From the NCBI GenBank assembly GCA_018816245.1, contig JAHIVW010000003.1:470834-534833 (forward strand): a stretch of 64,000 nt of DNA, read 5' to 3'. The notes below the pieces were generated by a model. The model saw only the letters and a list, made by a program, of their open reading frames with translations, made no database searches and was not told the DNA's origin. Positions within the stretch are counted from its first letter, which is position 1. Every line of letters starts with the position of its first letter. The position numbers and the translations under genes are program-made. This stretch comes from Nanobdellota archaeon. GTDB lineage: Archaea > Aenigmatarchaeota > Aenigmatarchaeia > QMZP01. This document shows positions 37,116-45,819 of this stretch, one piece after another.

Positions 37116-37715
37116 TTATACGTCAACACGAATCGAGAATTGTACAAGATTATCACTGAACTGCTCAATCCCCCTATAGACAACTGCGTGCATCCCAACC
37201 TGCTTCGCCCCTTCCACAAACGTCTCACGATCGTCAACAAAGACGCATTCATCTGGCTTTAGGCCTGTCTCAAACACCTTCTGATAAAACCGCGGGTCCG
37301 GCTTCAGCAACCTTTCTTGGCACGAAAAGAGAATCGTGTCAAAGAGTGTATCAAACCCAAGCTTGGTGATTCGTTCAAAGAAGAAGGGATTGTTGTTCGA
37401 GAGAATGATCATTTTGTATCGCGGCTTCAGTTTTTTGATGATCCCAAGAAGCTCGGTGTTCGGTTTCAAATGGGAAAAATAAGTCTTCACATACTTTTTT
37501 TGGTCGATTGAAATTCCAAATTCCTTGTTCAAGCGTTCAAAATACTCGTCAATCGAAATCAATCCGCCATCGAACTTTTTTTCCCGCAGAGACAATTCGA
37601 AGTATGCAAACCGGTCGCGGTCAAGTTGATACTGTTCAGCAAGTGCCGTCCACATTCCTTCAGCATCGAAGAACTCCAGCACGTTTCCCCAGTCAAACAC
37701 GAGCGCCTTTATCAT
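37116..37715 (-). CDS. HAD-like hydrolase
   Basis: MIKALVFDWGNVL (motif I variant), FVDDRETFVEGAKQVGM (motif III). Confidence 0.6.
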   Translation of the reverse strand: MIKALVFDWGNVLEFFDAEGMWTALAEQYQLDRDRFAYFELSLREKKFDGGLISIDEYFERLNKEFGISIDQKKYVKTYFSHLKPNTELLGIIKKLKPRYKMIILSNNNPFFFERITKLGFDTLFDTILFSCQERLLKPDPRFYQKVFETGLKPDECVFVDDRETFVEGAKQVGMHAVVYRGIEQFSDNLVQFSIRVDV

Positions 37716-38220
37716 GGTCGATCTTCTTTCCTCGTTCCTGTGGAATAATCTTCCGCTTCGCATTTGAAAACGATGTCTGCAGCGATCGCTTCCCCAGCGT
37801 CAGATACAAAAACAATGACAGCGCTCCCACTTCCGAATGCGGCTGACTCGTCACTGCAATGTTTTTTGTTGCAAGTTGGTACACCTCAGGCTGCACCTTC
37901 TCTCCACCAACAACAACCAATAAGTCTTTCGTTGAAACGGTTTTTGCAACCTGTTCCACCGGCAACCCGTACACTGTCAGGTGCACGATCTCGCCCTTCC
38001 AGTCCTTGATGAACCGGATCGGATTCTTAACATGCTCCACCGTGAACGTCCCGCCGAACTCTGTTGCAATCCGTTTCGTTGATTGTTCGAGCCCGGTGTC
38101 TCGTTCCCCGGAATAAAAGCCGTTGACCACACCCATAGCGCGCGCAACGAGGAACACGTGCGTGCTCATCCGCTGGTCACGGAACACCCGGTGTCCCAGC
38201 CGCAAAATTGTGACAGTCAT
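37693..38220 (-). CDS. tRNA (cytidine56-2'-O)-methyltransferase aTrm56 (SPOUT)
   Basis: MTVTILRLGHRVFRDQRMSTHVFLVARAMG matches the aTrm56 N-terminus. Length about 175 aa. Confidence 0.7.
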   Translation of the reverse strand: MTVTILRLGHRVFRDQRMSTHVFLVARAMGVVNGFYSGERDTGLEQSTKRIATEFGGTFTVEHVKNPIRFIKDWKGEIVHLTVYGLPVEQVAKTVSTKDLLVVVGGEKVQPEVYQLATKNIAVTSQPHSEVGALSLFLYLTLGKRSLQTSFSNAKRKIIPQERGKKIDHDKGARV

Positions 38221-38555
38221 AACGTTGTGTGCAACAACGCGACAACCTTTTTTTCTTTCGCAAACGCGTTAAAGATGGCTGCTGCTTTTTTTGTCTGTTC
38301 AATGTAGAACTCAATATGTTTGTGCTCGAGCAACTCCTTTGCCCGTTCCTCAATGACAACACTCCCGTTCAATCCAATTCCGAGAATGAATGTGTCACAT
38401 AATGGATAGGTTTGCAGGATGGCAACAAGGTGTTCAATCGTAATCCGGTGCTGTTTCGACCGCATGGCGTATGATCCGTCCCACGCCACTAAGACGTCTC
38501 CCTCGATGATCGTTTCCCCGATCGTGGCTTCTCCGTACGAAACGTCGACATGCAT
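38217..38555 (-). CDS. Hypothetical protein (112 aa), possibly an Mth938-like domain
   Basis: ORF with coding character and an ATGA overlap with aTrm56. No diagnostic motif. Confidence 0.45.
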   Translation of the reverse strand: MHVDVSYGEATIGETIIEGDVLVAWDGSYAMRSKQHRITIEHLVAILQTYPLCDTFILGIGLNGSVVIEERAKELLEHKHIEFYIEQTKKAAAIFNAFAKEKKVVALLHTTL

Positions 38556-38557
38556 AA

Positions 38558-39175
38558 TTGTTCTTGGTCTGCAAAGCCTTAAGGCTTTTCTACTCTCAAG
38601 TCCAAAGACGTTCTATGCGCAGTGATCCGATCCTCTTCCTTGGCGTCTTTGGAATGGTCATTCCGTATGTCATGGGCATCATCTTCATCACCGGCACCAA
38701 AATCTTCCTTGCCGGTGAAACGCTTACCTCCCTACTGACAGTTTTTCTTATTGCAGCAGTTCTGCTCGGCCAACTCCTTGCCTTTTCCGGCTTCCAGCAA
38801 CTCGGCCGGCGGCGCCAAAGTCCGCTGCTGATCTTCGGGTCCGGGCTCGCCATGGTCTTGCTCTTCCTCTCTTTTGTCGCGACGTCGGTCTACAACGAAA
38901 CGTATAACCTCGCCTGGTTGGCAACCGGCTGGGAAGCAGCCTATATGGTTCTTGGGCTCTCGATTCTCGGAGCCCGCAACCGCCTTGACCGGTCCACGCA
39001 ACTCGCTGGCCTGCTCACGGTCATCTTTGTTGTGTTCTTGTTCCTGTCTCCACCGCTCGCGGCGCTCCTTGGCCTCTTCGCGATTCTGGCACAGTTCTGG
39101 GCACTCCTCAAAGCGTACCAACGCACGCTTACACGAGAACGCGCGCATCAACACAAATCGCACGCTTGTCGTTAA
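38558..39175 (+). CDS. Polytopic membrane protein, hypothetical
   Basis: Five or more hydrophobic helices. Start may be the internal Met (MRSDPILFLGVFGMVIPYV). Confidence 0.4.
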   Translation: MFLVCKALRLFYSQVQRRSMRSDPILFLGVFGMVIPYVMGIIFITGTKIFLAGETLTSLLTVFLIAAVLLGQLLAFSGFQQLGRRRQSPLLIFGSGLAMVLLFLSFVATSVYNETYNLAWLATGWEAAYMVLGLSILGARNRLDRSTQLAGLLTVIFVVFLFLSPPLAALLGLFAILAQFWALLKAYQRTLTRERAHQHKSHACR

Positions 39176-39779
39176 TCAGCACGGGGTTCAAATCAAGCTG
39201 CTTGATGTTCGATTTCTCAACCATCTTGGAAACCGTAAGAAGCAAATCTTCGAGGACCCGCAGGTTCACGGGCTTCTGTCCTCGGAAACCAGTCAGCAAT
39301 GCATTCCCTTTGATCTCCGCAATCATGGCCTGTGCATCCTCTCGCTCAATGGGGATCAACCGGAAGGACACATCCTTCAAAACTTCCACAAAGATGCCCC
39401 CGAGACCGAACATGAGCACGGGTCCGAACTGAGGATCCTGGATTGCCCCAATGACCACTTCCCTGAAATTGGTTCCCTTCACCTGCTCCTGCACAATCGC
39501 TCCGGTGATCTTTGCTCGAGGATGGTGCCGCCGGGCCCCTTTTGTGACCTGCTCGAAGCCGTCCTTGACCTCCTGCTCGTTTTTGAGGTCAAGGAGGACG
39601 CCCTCGGCATCAGTCTTGTGGATGATATCAGGAGAAGCCACCTTCAGCACCACTGGAAAGCGCAGGGTCTTGGCGTAGGTCACTGCCTCCCTGGCATTCT
39701 TCGCGTGAAAGAGTGCTGGGGTGGGGATTTTCCACTTTTTGAGGAGACGAGTCGTCTGGGCAGGGTCTTGCAGGTTCAT
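39129..39779 (-). CDS. ADP-forming acetyl-CoA synthetase beta-like ATP-grasp domain protein
   Basis: FPVVLKVASPDIIHKTDAEGVLLDL ... QLDLNPVLINDKRAICVDARVLV resembles the ACD beta / ATP-grasp_5 domain. No alpha subunit adjacent. Confidence 0.6.
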   Translation of the reverse strand: MNLQDPAQTTRLLKKWKIPTPALFHAKNAREAVTYAKTLRFPVVLKVASPDIIHKTDAEGVLLDLKNEQEVKDGFEQVTKGARRHHPRAKITGAIVQEQVKGTNFREVVIGAIQDPQFGPVLMFGLGGIFVEVLKDVSFRLIPIEREDAQAMIAEIKGNALLTGFRGQKPVNLRVLEDLLLTVSKMVEKSNIKQLDLNPVLINDKRAICVDARVLV

Positions 39780-39815
39780 TGAATTATACCTTGATCAATG
39801 ATATTAAAAAGCTGA

Positions 39816-39897
39816 CGCCGGCGGCAGGAGTCGAACCTGCATGTCCAGAGGACACTCGTTTTCGAGACGAGCGCGTTAGCCATTCCGCCACGCCGGC
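39816..39897 (-). tRNA. tRNA-Ser (anticodon CGA), class II with long variable arm
   Basis: Reverse complement GCCGGCG-UG-GCG..CGC-G-CUCGU-CUCGAAA-ACGAG-(14-nt variable arm UGUCCUCUGGACAU)-GCAGG-UUCGACU-CCUGC-CGCCGGC-G. All stems pair. 82 nt. CCA not encoded. Confidence 0.85.
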
Positions 39898-39937
39898 CTG
39901 TTGTTGATTTTAATAGTCTTCTATTAATGGTTTTGCT

Positions 39938-40138
39938 ATGCGTGTTATCCTTATTGTTAACAAGGAGAAGCGGGAATTGGACCTCCCCACAGGGAGCACG
40001 GCTGCCCAGGCCCTTGCCGCAGCCGGCCTGATCCCCCAATCCTACCTTGTTGCCAGGGGCAAGGCGATCATCCCGGACACCGCCGAGCTCCTCGAGCAGG
40101 ACCAGCTCACGGCAATCAAGATTGTTTCTGGTGGGTGA
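39938..40138 (+). CDS. ThiS/MoaD/SAMP-like ubiquitin-fold sulfur-carrier protein ending in Gly-Gly (TtuB-like)
   Basis: 66 aa, beta-grasp-like, C-terminal ...AIKIVSGG followed by stop. Confidence 0.75.
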   Translation: MRVILIVNKEKRELDLPTGSTAAQALAAAGLIPQSYLVARGKAIIPDTAELLEQDQLTAIKIVSGG

Positions 40139-40144
40139 GATAGT

Positions 40145-41053
40145 ATGGCATCCTGTTCCTGCGGCAAGCCCGCTGTATACTATAAGGCGTATGAGGCGCG
40201 GCTGTACTGCAAAGGTTGTTTCTGCAGAAGCATTGAAAAACGTGTGAAGAAAACGATCACCAAATACAAGCTGCTTCAGTCAAACGACACGGTCGCTGTG
40301 GGATTTTCCAGTGGCAAGGATTCCACATCACTGCTCCATCTCCTCCATGAAATCACCGGGCCCCGGCGCGACATGAAGCTCGTTGCCATCTCCATTGACG
40401 AGGGGATCACCGGCTACCGGGACACGAGCTTGAAGCTCGCAAAGCAGGTCTGTGCGGGGCTTGGTATCGACCATAAGATCGTTTCTTTCAAAGAGGCCTA
40501 CGGCAAGACCCTTGACGATCAGATACCAAAGATCGAACAGGGCAAGGCGTGTACGTATTGCGGGGTTGCACGACGGCAGCTCCTGAACTGGGCAGCCCGC
40601 GAAGCAGGAGCAACCAAACTTGCTGTTGGCCATAATCTCGATGATGAGGTGCAGGCAATTCTCATGAACTGGATCCGCGGTGATCTTGTCCGCGCCAGCC
40701 GTCTGGGAACGCGCACCGAAGGGAATGATCCAAATTTCATTCCCCGCATCAAACCGCTCCGCTTCATTCCTGAACGGGAAACCGCACTTTACGCGTCCCT
40801 GAAAGGGTTTCCTGTTCATCAAGGAGAATGCCCGCACGCAACTGGAATCCGCTTTGATATCCGCGACTTCCTCAACCAGCTTGAAACAACGTATCCCGGG
40901 ACGAAATTTTCCCTTATCGAAGGATTTGAAAAGATCCAACCGTTCCTCACAACAGCCGTTGCGAAAACAACACACCCGATCACACGTTGTGCTTCATGCA
41001 AGGAACCCTCGTCACAGGAACGCTGTAAGGCCTGTGAACTCTGGTCGTATTAA
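40145..41053 (+). CDS. tRNA 2-thiolation PP-loop ATPase, TtuA/NcsA (Ncs6/Ctu1) family
   Basis: N-terminal CxxC...CxxC zinc finger, PP-loop GFSSGKDST, Fe-S ligands CTYCGVARRQ, C-terminal CASCx9CKAC. Confidence 0.8.
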   Translation: MASCSCGKPAVYYKAYEARLYCKGCFCRSIEKRVKKTITKYKLLQSNDTVAVGFSSGKDSTSLLHLLHEITGPRRDMKLVAISIDEGITGYRDTSLKLAKQVCAGLGIDHKIVSFKEAYGKTLDDQIPKIEQGKACTYCGVARRQLLNWAAREAGATKLAVGHNLDDEVQAILMNWIRGDLVRASRLGTRTEGNDPNFIPRIKPLRFIPERETALYASLKGFPVHQGECPHATGIRFDIRDFLNQLETTYPGTKFSLIEGFEKIQPFLTTAVAKTTHPITRCASCKEPSSQERCKACELWSY

Positions 41054-41103
41054 TATACTTTATATAGCGAGCCTCACCAACTAGTATTTGGGGTTGTTGT
41101 GTC

Positions 41104-44100
41104 ATGAGGCTTGTGTGGGCAAGTTTCGTTCTTTTCGTCGTCCTTCTGAGTGTACCGGGGGTGAGTGCTGCATCACAGCTTTCATGCCGATTTACAACAC
41201 AAGGCGAAGTGTGCCAGAGCGCTCAGGGCGAGATCACCGTCTATCATTTGTTTGATGTAATGAATTCACATATCGAGATGCCATCGCAAACGAAATTCGC
41301 TCAAAACATCTCCTTTTGTTGTAAGGTCAACGACAACTCCAATGTTATTCTCCAAGGCGGCGCTTGTGCTGCCGGGCCCATCATGGGACAAGACAAGATG
41401 ATTCTCATGCGCCTTGCACAAGCAACGGACAGCCATGCACAAAAAACGACCTATACTGGTACCCCTTATACTACTGACCTCTGTCTCGGGATTGCCAATA
41501 CCGGAAAGGGAACCGGGGCCTCCTGTTCGTACAAAACAACCTGTTCGGGAGACGAACTGTGTTTTGGATCAATCAAACAGGATACCAACTCCCATGTTGG
41601 CGATTGTAGCAGCAGCGCCTATGCAACCAAGATCTGTTGTGACCTTGGGTGGGATGTCACTGGTCCGACGGTCCAGTTGGATCCTGTTTCCAGTCCGACC
41701 AGCAACACAGAACCAATCATCACTGGAACAGCAACCGATACCTCGCTTCCCATCTTCCAAGTCTGGGTCAAGATCAATTCAACAGTCACTGGTGACACGA
41801 TCATTGCTGGAAACGCAACGTTGAATACTCCAGGATCGCTGGTGACGAATTTTGTGTTTGCCCCGGAACTCACTACAGTCGATCATTCCTATCTCGTTAC
41901 AATCTATGCAGTTGATAACGGACAAAACAAGGGAGCCGCCAAGACAGCTCCTCTTGTCGTTGATGTAACACCCCCTGTGGTCACACTGAGTACAGCAGCG
42001 AGCGCGACTGCTGACACCACACCCGTATTCTCGTACACCGCCACTGATGCCACGACCCAGATCAAAACGCTCAAATACCAAGTCAAGAAAGCGACAGGAG
42101 GCACGGTTGTTATTGATTGGACAACGATCCAGACACCGAACACCTTCGAAACAGGAACCCTCACTGACGAGACGTATGTGGTCACGCTCCGAGCTACTGA
42201 CTCGGTCGATCTAAGTGCCACCGATGAAGAAATTATTATTATTGACACCAAAGCGCCCACGACCACAGACAATGTTGATGGCAGTGTTACCTATTCGCCG
42301 TCTGGTGTTACTTTTGATCTTAGCTGTAACGATGATTATGGAGGCGTTGCCGGAAGCGGCTGTGCGACCATCAAATGGTGCCTTGCCCCTGGCGATGCTC
42401 AAACACCCTGCACTGTTCAAGAACAGGGGAGCATCGTCGACGGAAAAGTTCTTGTCGCTCCCCCTGAATGTGTCAGTGGTGTCTGTACTTGGAAAATCTT
42501 CTATCGGTCCATTGATGGAGTGGGAAATACAGAAGCGATTAAACAATCAGCTATTATTGTCTTGGATGCCGAGAGTCCGACTTGTACTCTCACAGCGCTC
42601 CCCGCCTACACACCTACAAACACTGTTTCCTTGATATGGACAACAGAAACCGGCTCGTCGGGAACCCCGATTGAAAGTGTTGTGATCCGCTACAAGAAAA
42701 CAGGTGACACGAGTGAAACTGAAGTCCCAGCAACAATATCGCCAACAGCAATCGGGAATCTCGCAACCAACACGGAATACCAGTTTCGCTGTTTGGCAAC
42801 AAGCGGGACCGGGCAGACAGGTTCCAGCACTGCAGTCAAAACATATATCGACACGGTCCCGCCGCGCATCACCGTTTATCCTGTTCCATCGTTCTTGAAT
42901 ACGACCGAGGTTCCCATCTTCTGGCTCGCGAATGATACGAACACAAGTGTCTCCCCGCCAATCGGTTCTGGTGTTGTTTCTTTGACCTTCCAATACCGCG
43001 TGAATGGCGGGACATGGGCAACTTGGAAGGTATTGGAAAAAACAGATCCTGGCTTTTCGACCAACCCAACAACACCACAGAAATTTGGAAAGGATAACAT
43101 TCCTGTTTCACTCACTAGTGGAGCAACCTATGACATTCGTGTTCTTGCAACCGATGCAGCCGGTCATAACAGTCCTGTACCACCGCCAGCAACAGTGCTG
43201 ATTGATTTTGGCAAACCAGTGTGTTCCCTTGACGATCTCCCACCATTCGCGCCGCTTGACGGCGACGCCACGGTTTCGTGGACATCAATTGATACCGGCG
43301 GTTCTGGTGTGGCCTTTGCAACAATCAAGAAGAGTGCGAATCCTCCCAACTGGCAGGACATCCCTCCGGTTGAAAATGACCCAACAGGATCAGAGGTCAT
43401 CGACCTTGCGAACGGGCAAACGGTATTCTTCCAGTGCCGCGCTTTCGATTTTGCGGGAAACAAGGGGGACGCATCGGAGATTGTGTCGCTTTCTGCTGAT
43501 TATGCCGGCCCAACAATCGGCGTTACCACGGCAACGAGTGTAAAGCTGCTCGAAAACCTTTCCGTAGCAGCAACGATTCTTGATCACTTCAATGAAATTG
43601 AAAGTGTCTCATTAACCTTTAACGGGTCGACGGTTGTGACAACGTCAATAACCGCATCGTCTGATAACCAAACCTGGAACGTGACCTGGACAGTTCCGTC
43701 TGCAGGGAAGGGAAAGGGCATCTACTCCTTTTCAATCACGGCAACAGACGCTCTCGGGAACGAGAACACGACAACAAAAACCTTCTCAATCGTCACCTGT
43801 GTTGAAGGATCGACAAAATCATGCGGAAGTAATGTCGGCGTCTGTGAAGCAGGCATCCAACTTTGTGTGGATAACGAGTGGGAGGATTGTCAAAACCAGA
43901 CGTTGCCGACAGTAGAAGTCTGCAATAACAAGGATGATGATTGTGATGGCAGCGCTGATGAAAATCTCACAAAGTCGTGCGGTGGACCGAATATCGGTGT
44001 CTGCAAAGTCGGAATGCAGACATGCTTGGGTGGGGTATGGACCAACTGTATCGGAGCAGTCTACCCTGAAACAAGCGAATTCTGTGGCGACGATCTCGAC

Positions 44101-44541
44101 AATGATTGTGATGGGTCAACGGACGAGCTCTGTGCTTGTTCCCAGGGCGATACCCAAGCATGTGGGAGCGATGTTGGTGTCTGTTCCAAGGGAACCCAAA
44201 CTTGCACGAGTTCCGGTGTCTGGGGAGATTGTGAAGATTCTGTTGATCCTATTCAGGAAATTTGTGGAAACGGAAAGGACGACGACTGTGACGATAGTGT
44301 TGATAATGGTTGTGACGTCGTTGGAACCTGTTCCAACGGGTTTCAAGACGCCAACGAAGCTGGTGTTGACTGCGGTGGGGTGTGTCCAACCAGTTGCGAA
44401 ACCTCGCTCATCGACTCCCCATATTTCATTTTCACCTTGATCGGTGTTGTCATGCTTGTTGCGCTTCTTGGTGTTGTGTTGTTCCTTCGATCACGAGGGA
44501 AAGAATTAACGTGGGATGAAGTCCTGAGCCGCTGGTCGTAA
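41104..44541 (+). CDS. Giant (1145 aa) secreted surface protein with Ig-like beta regions, C-terminal MopE-like Cys-rich repeats and a C-terminal TM anchor
   Basis: Signal MRLVWASFVLFVVLLSVPGVSAAS. Repeats of CxxxxGxCxxGxQxCxxGxWxxC...ExCnnkDDDCDGxxDE at about 43800-44400. TM FIFTLIGVVMLVALLGVVLFLRSRGK. Confidence 0.75.
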   Translation: MRLVWASFVLFVVLLSVPGVSAASQLSCRFTTQGEVCQSAQGEITVYHLFDVMNSHIEMPSQTKFAQNISFCCKVNDNSNVILQGGACAAGPIMGQDKMILMRLAQATDSHAQKTTYTGTPYTTDLCLGIANTGKGTGASCSYKTTCSGDELCFGSIKQDTNSHVGDCSSSAYATKICCDLGWDVTGPTVQLDPVSSPTSNTEPIITGTATDTSLPIFQVWVKINSTVTGDTIIAGNATLNTPGSLVTNFVFAPELTTVDHSYLVTIYAVDNGQNKGAAKTAPLVVDVTPPVVTLSTAASATADTTPVFSYTATDATTQIKTLKYQVKKATGGTVVIDWTTIQTPNTFETGTLTDETYVVTLRATDSVDLSATDEEIIIIDTKAPTTTDNVDGSVTYSPSGVTFDLSCNDDYGGVAGSGCATIKWCLAPGDAQTPCTVQEQGSIVDGKVLVAPPECVSGVCTWKIFYRSIDGVGNTEAIKQSAIIVLDAESPTCTLTALPAYTPTNTVSLIWTTETGSSGTPIESVVIRYKKTGDTSETEVPATISPTAIGNLATNTEYQFRCLATSGTGQTGSSTAVKTYIDTVPPRITVYPVPSFLNTTEVPIFWLANDTNTSVSPPIGSGVVSLTFQYRVNGGTWATWKVLEKTDPGFSTNPTTPQKFGKDNIPVSLTSGATYDIRVLATDAAGHNSPVPPPATVLIDFGKPVCSLDDLPPFAPLDGDATVSWTSIDTGGSGVAFATIKKSANPPNWQDIPPVENDPTGSEVIDLANGQTVFFQCRAFDFAGNKGDASEIVSLSADYAGPTIGVTTATSVKLLENLSVAATILDHFNEIESVSLTFNGSTVVTTSITASSDNQTWNVTWTVPSAGKGKGIYSFSITATDALGNENTTTKTFSIVTCVEGSTKSCGSNVGVCEAGIQLCVDNEWEDCQNQTLPTVEVCNNKDDDCDGSADENLTKSCGGPNIGVCKVGMQTCLGGVWTNCIGAVYPETSEFCGDDLDNDCDGSTDELCACSQGDTQACGSDVGVCSKGTQTCTSSGVWGDCEDSVDPIQEICGNGKDDDCDDSVDNGCDVVGTCSNGFQDANEAGVDCGGVCPTSCETSLIDSPYFIFTLIGVVMLVALLGVVLFLRSRGKELTWDEVLSRWS

Positions 44542-45753
44542 CTACACTTTATAGCGAAGCACTGCCCCGATACCACCAAGTGCCGCAAGCTGTTCGCCTC
44601 TTGGGGTATCGGTTGATATAACCTCAACTGCTGTCCCCATCTGTTCTGCAATCTTGATGAGCTCTTCCGTGACCTCATGTTCGCTTGTGACAGTCATGGT
44701 AATACCACATTGTTCGCATTTTTGTTCAGGGAGCTTCTGTCTCGTGAGGGTCTTGGTCTCCTTCTTCTTGCACGTCGGACAGGTGAGGTCAACCGTTACC
44801 CAGTCGAATTTCTCGGATAGCAGAAGCAGGTCAACAGCACCTGCTTCAAGGATCTTCTTCACTTCTCGGAAGCCGTAGATCGCAAGCCCGGTGTCTTTTG
44901 CAAGCTCCTCGAAATAGCGTTCAAGGATCTGCCTTTCGTGAACTGCAGATGCTTGTTTGATGAGATCTTCACCCCGTTCAACGAGCTCGCGCAGACCGAT
45001 CTCACCGGTATAGGAGGTGCTCACAATCCCGAGGATTTGCTTCTGCAAGCGGTAATCGAGGAACTCCCCGTCAACGAACTGTTCTTTTACGGGCCCAGGC
45101 CCGCCGACGATGATGCCTTTCAAATCTTTCTCTTCCATGAATTTTTCCGAGGCAATAGCACCGACCTTTTTGATGAATTCATGCAACGCCTGTTCCCGAA
45201 TCCGTTCATACCGGTGCTGCGACCACCCACCTGCCTGTGTCTTTCCTGGAACTGTTGAGGTCAGGGTTTTGATTTTCTTGATGCGTTTGCCCCGGAGCAT
45301 GCCAATGGTCGCATCGCTCTTGTCAACAATAATCAGCCCGTAGATCTCGCGCTCCCGGATCATGTCCAGCAACGGGTCCACGATAAATGTCTGGTCGCAT
45401 CGGTACAAGCGAACCTGCAAGGGCTCTGGGGGTTCGAACGACCAGAGTTGGATATCATCCACCCCTTCCTTGTCAGATACGTTCCCGCACAGGACAACAA
45501 GCCCGTTTGGTGGTGTCTGGGAATGGGTCTTCAGATGCTGGAGGATCTTTTCCAGTGCACTGACAACATTCTTTCTGGTTGCCTTGCTCTTGATATTGGT
45601 TGCTGTGGACTGTTCAGAGCGCAATTGGTCCACGACCTTCGTCATTTGGTAGCCTGCAGGAATGTACACACTGACCAGTTCCGTGTGCCTTCCTCGCAGG
45701 ACTGCGAGCTCCTTTACTAAAGCTGTGAATTGGCGCTTTTTGGTGTCGTCCAT
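44542..45753 (-). CDS. prf1: Peptide chain release factor aRF1 (eRF1 family). The GGQ position reads GGW. True start MDDTKKRQ at 45753; the six-frame ORF is over-extended to 46068.
   Basis: NIKS motif (TATNIKSKATRKNV), YxCxxxF (YRCDQTF), domain-2 motif GKTQAGGWSQHRYERIR, C-terminal domain 3 with a zinc-ribbon insert (CPTCx14CEQC). Confidence 0.8.
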   Translation of the reverse strand: MDDTKKRQFTALVKELAVLRGRHTELVSVYIPAGYQMTKVVDQLRSEQSTATNIKSKATRKNVVSALEKILQHLKTHSQTPPNGLVVLCGNVSDKEGVDDIQLWSFEPPEPLQVRLYRCDQTFIVDPLLDMIREREIYGLIIVDKSDATIGMLRGKRIKKIKTLTSTVPGKTQAGGWSQHRYERIREQALHEFIKKVGAIASEKFMEEKDLKGIIVGGPGPVKEQFVDGEFLDYRLQKQILGIVSTSYTGEIGLRELVERGEDLIKQASAVHERQILERYFEELAKDTGLAIYGFREVKKILEAGAVDLLLLSEKFDWVTVDLTCPTCKKKETKTLTRQKLPEQKCEQCGITMTVTSEHEVTEELIKIAEQMGTAVEVISTDTPRGEQLAALGGIGAVLRYKV

Positions 45754-45786
45754 ACTCGTGTTGGTTGCTCTATGTTTAAGAAGAAC

Positions 45787-45794
45787 ATTTAATA
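45787..45794 (+). promoter_or_regulatory. TATA box upstream of the KaiC/FlaH-like gene
   Basis: atttaata lies 32-39 nt upstream of ATG 45826. Confidence 0.35.
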
Positions 45795-45819
45795 CCTCGC
45801 TCCCAATTAGTTCGCAAGG

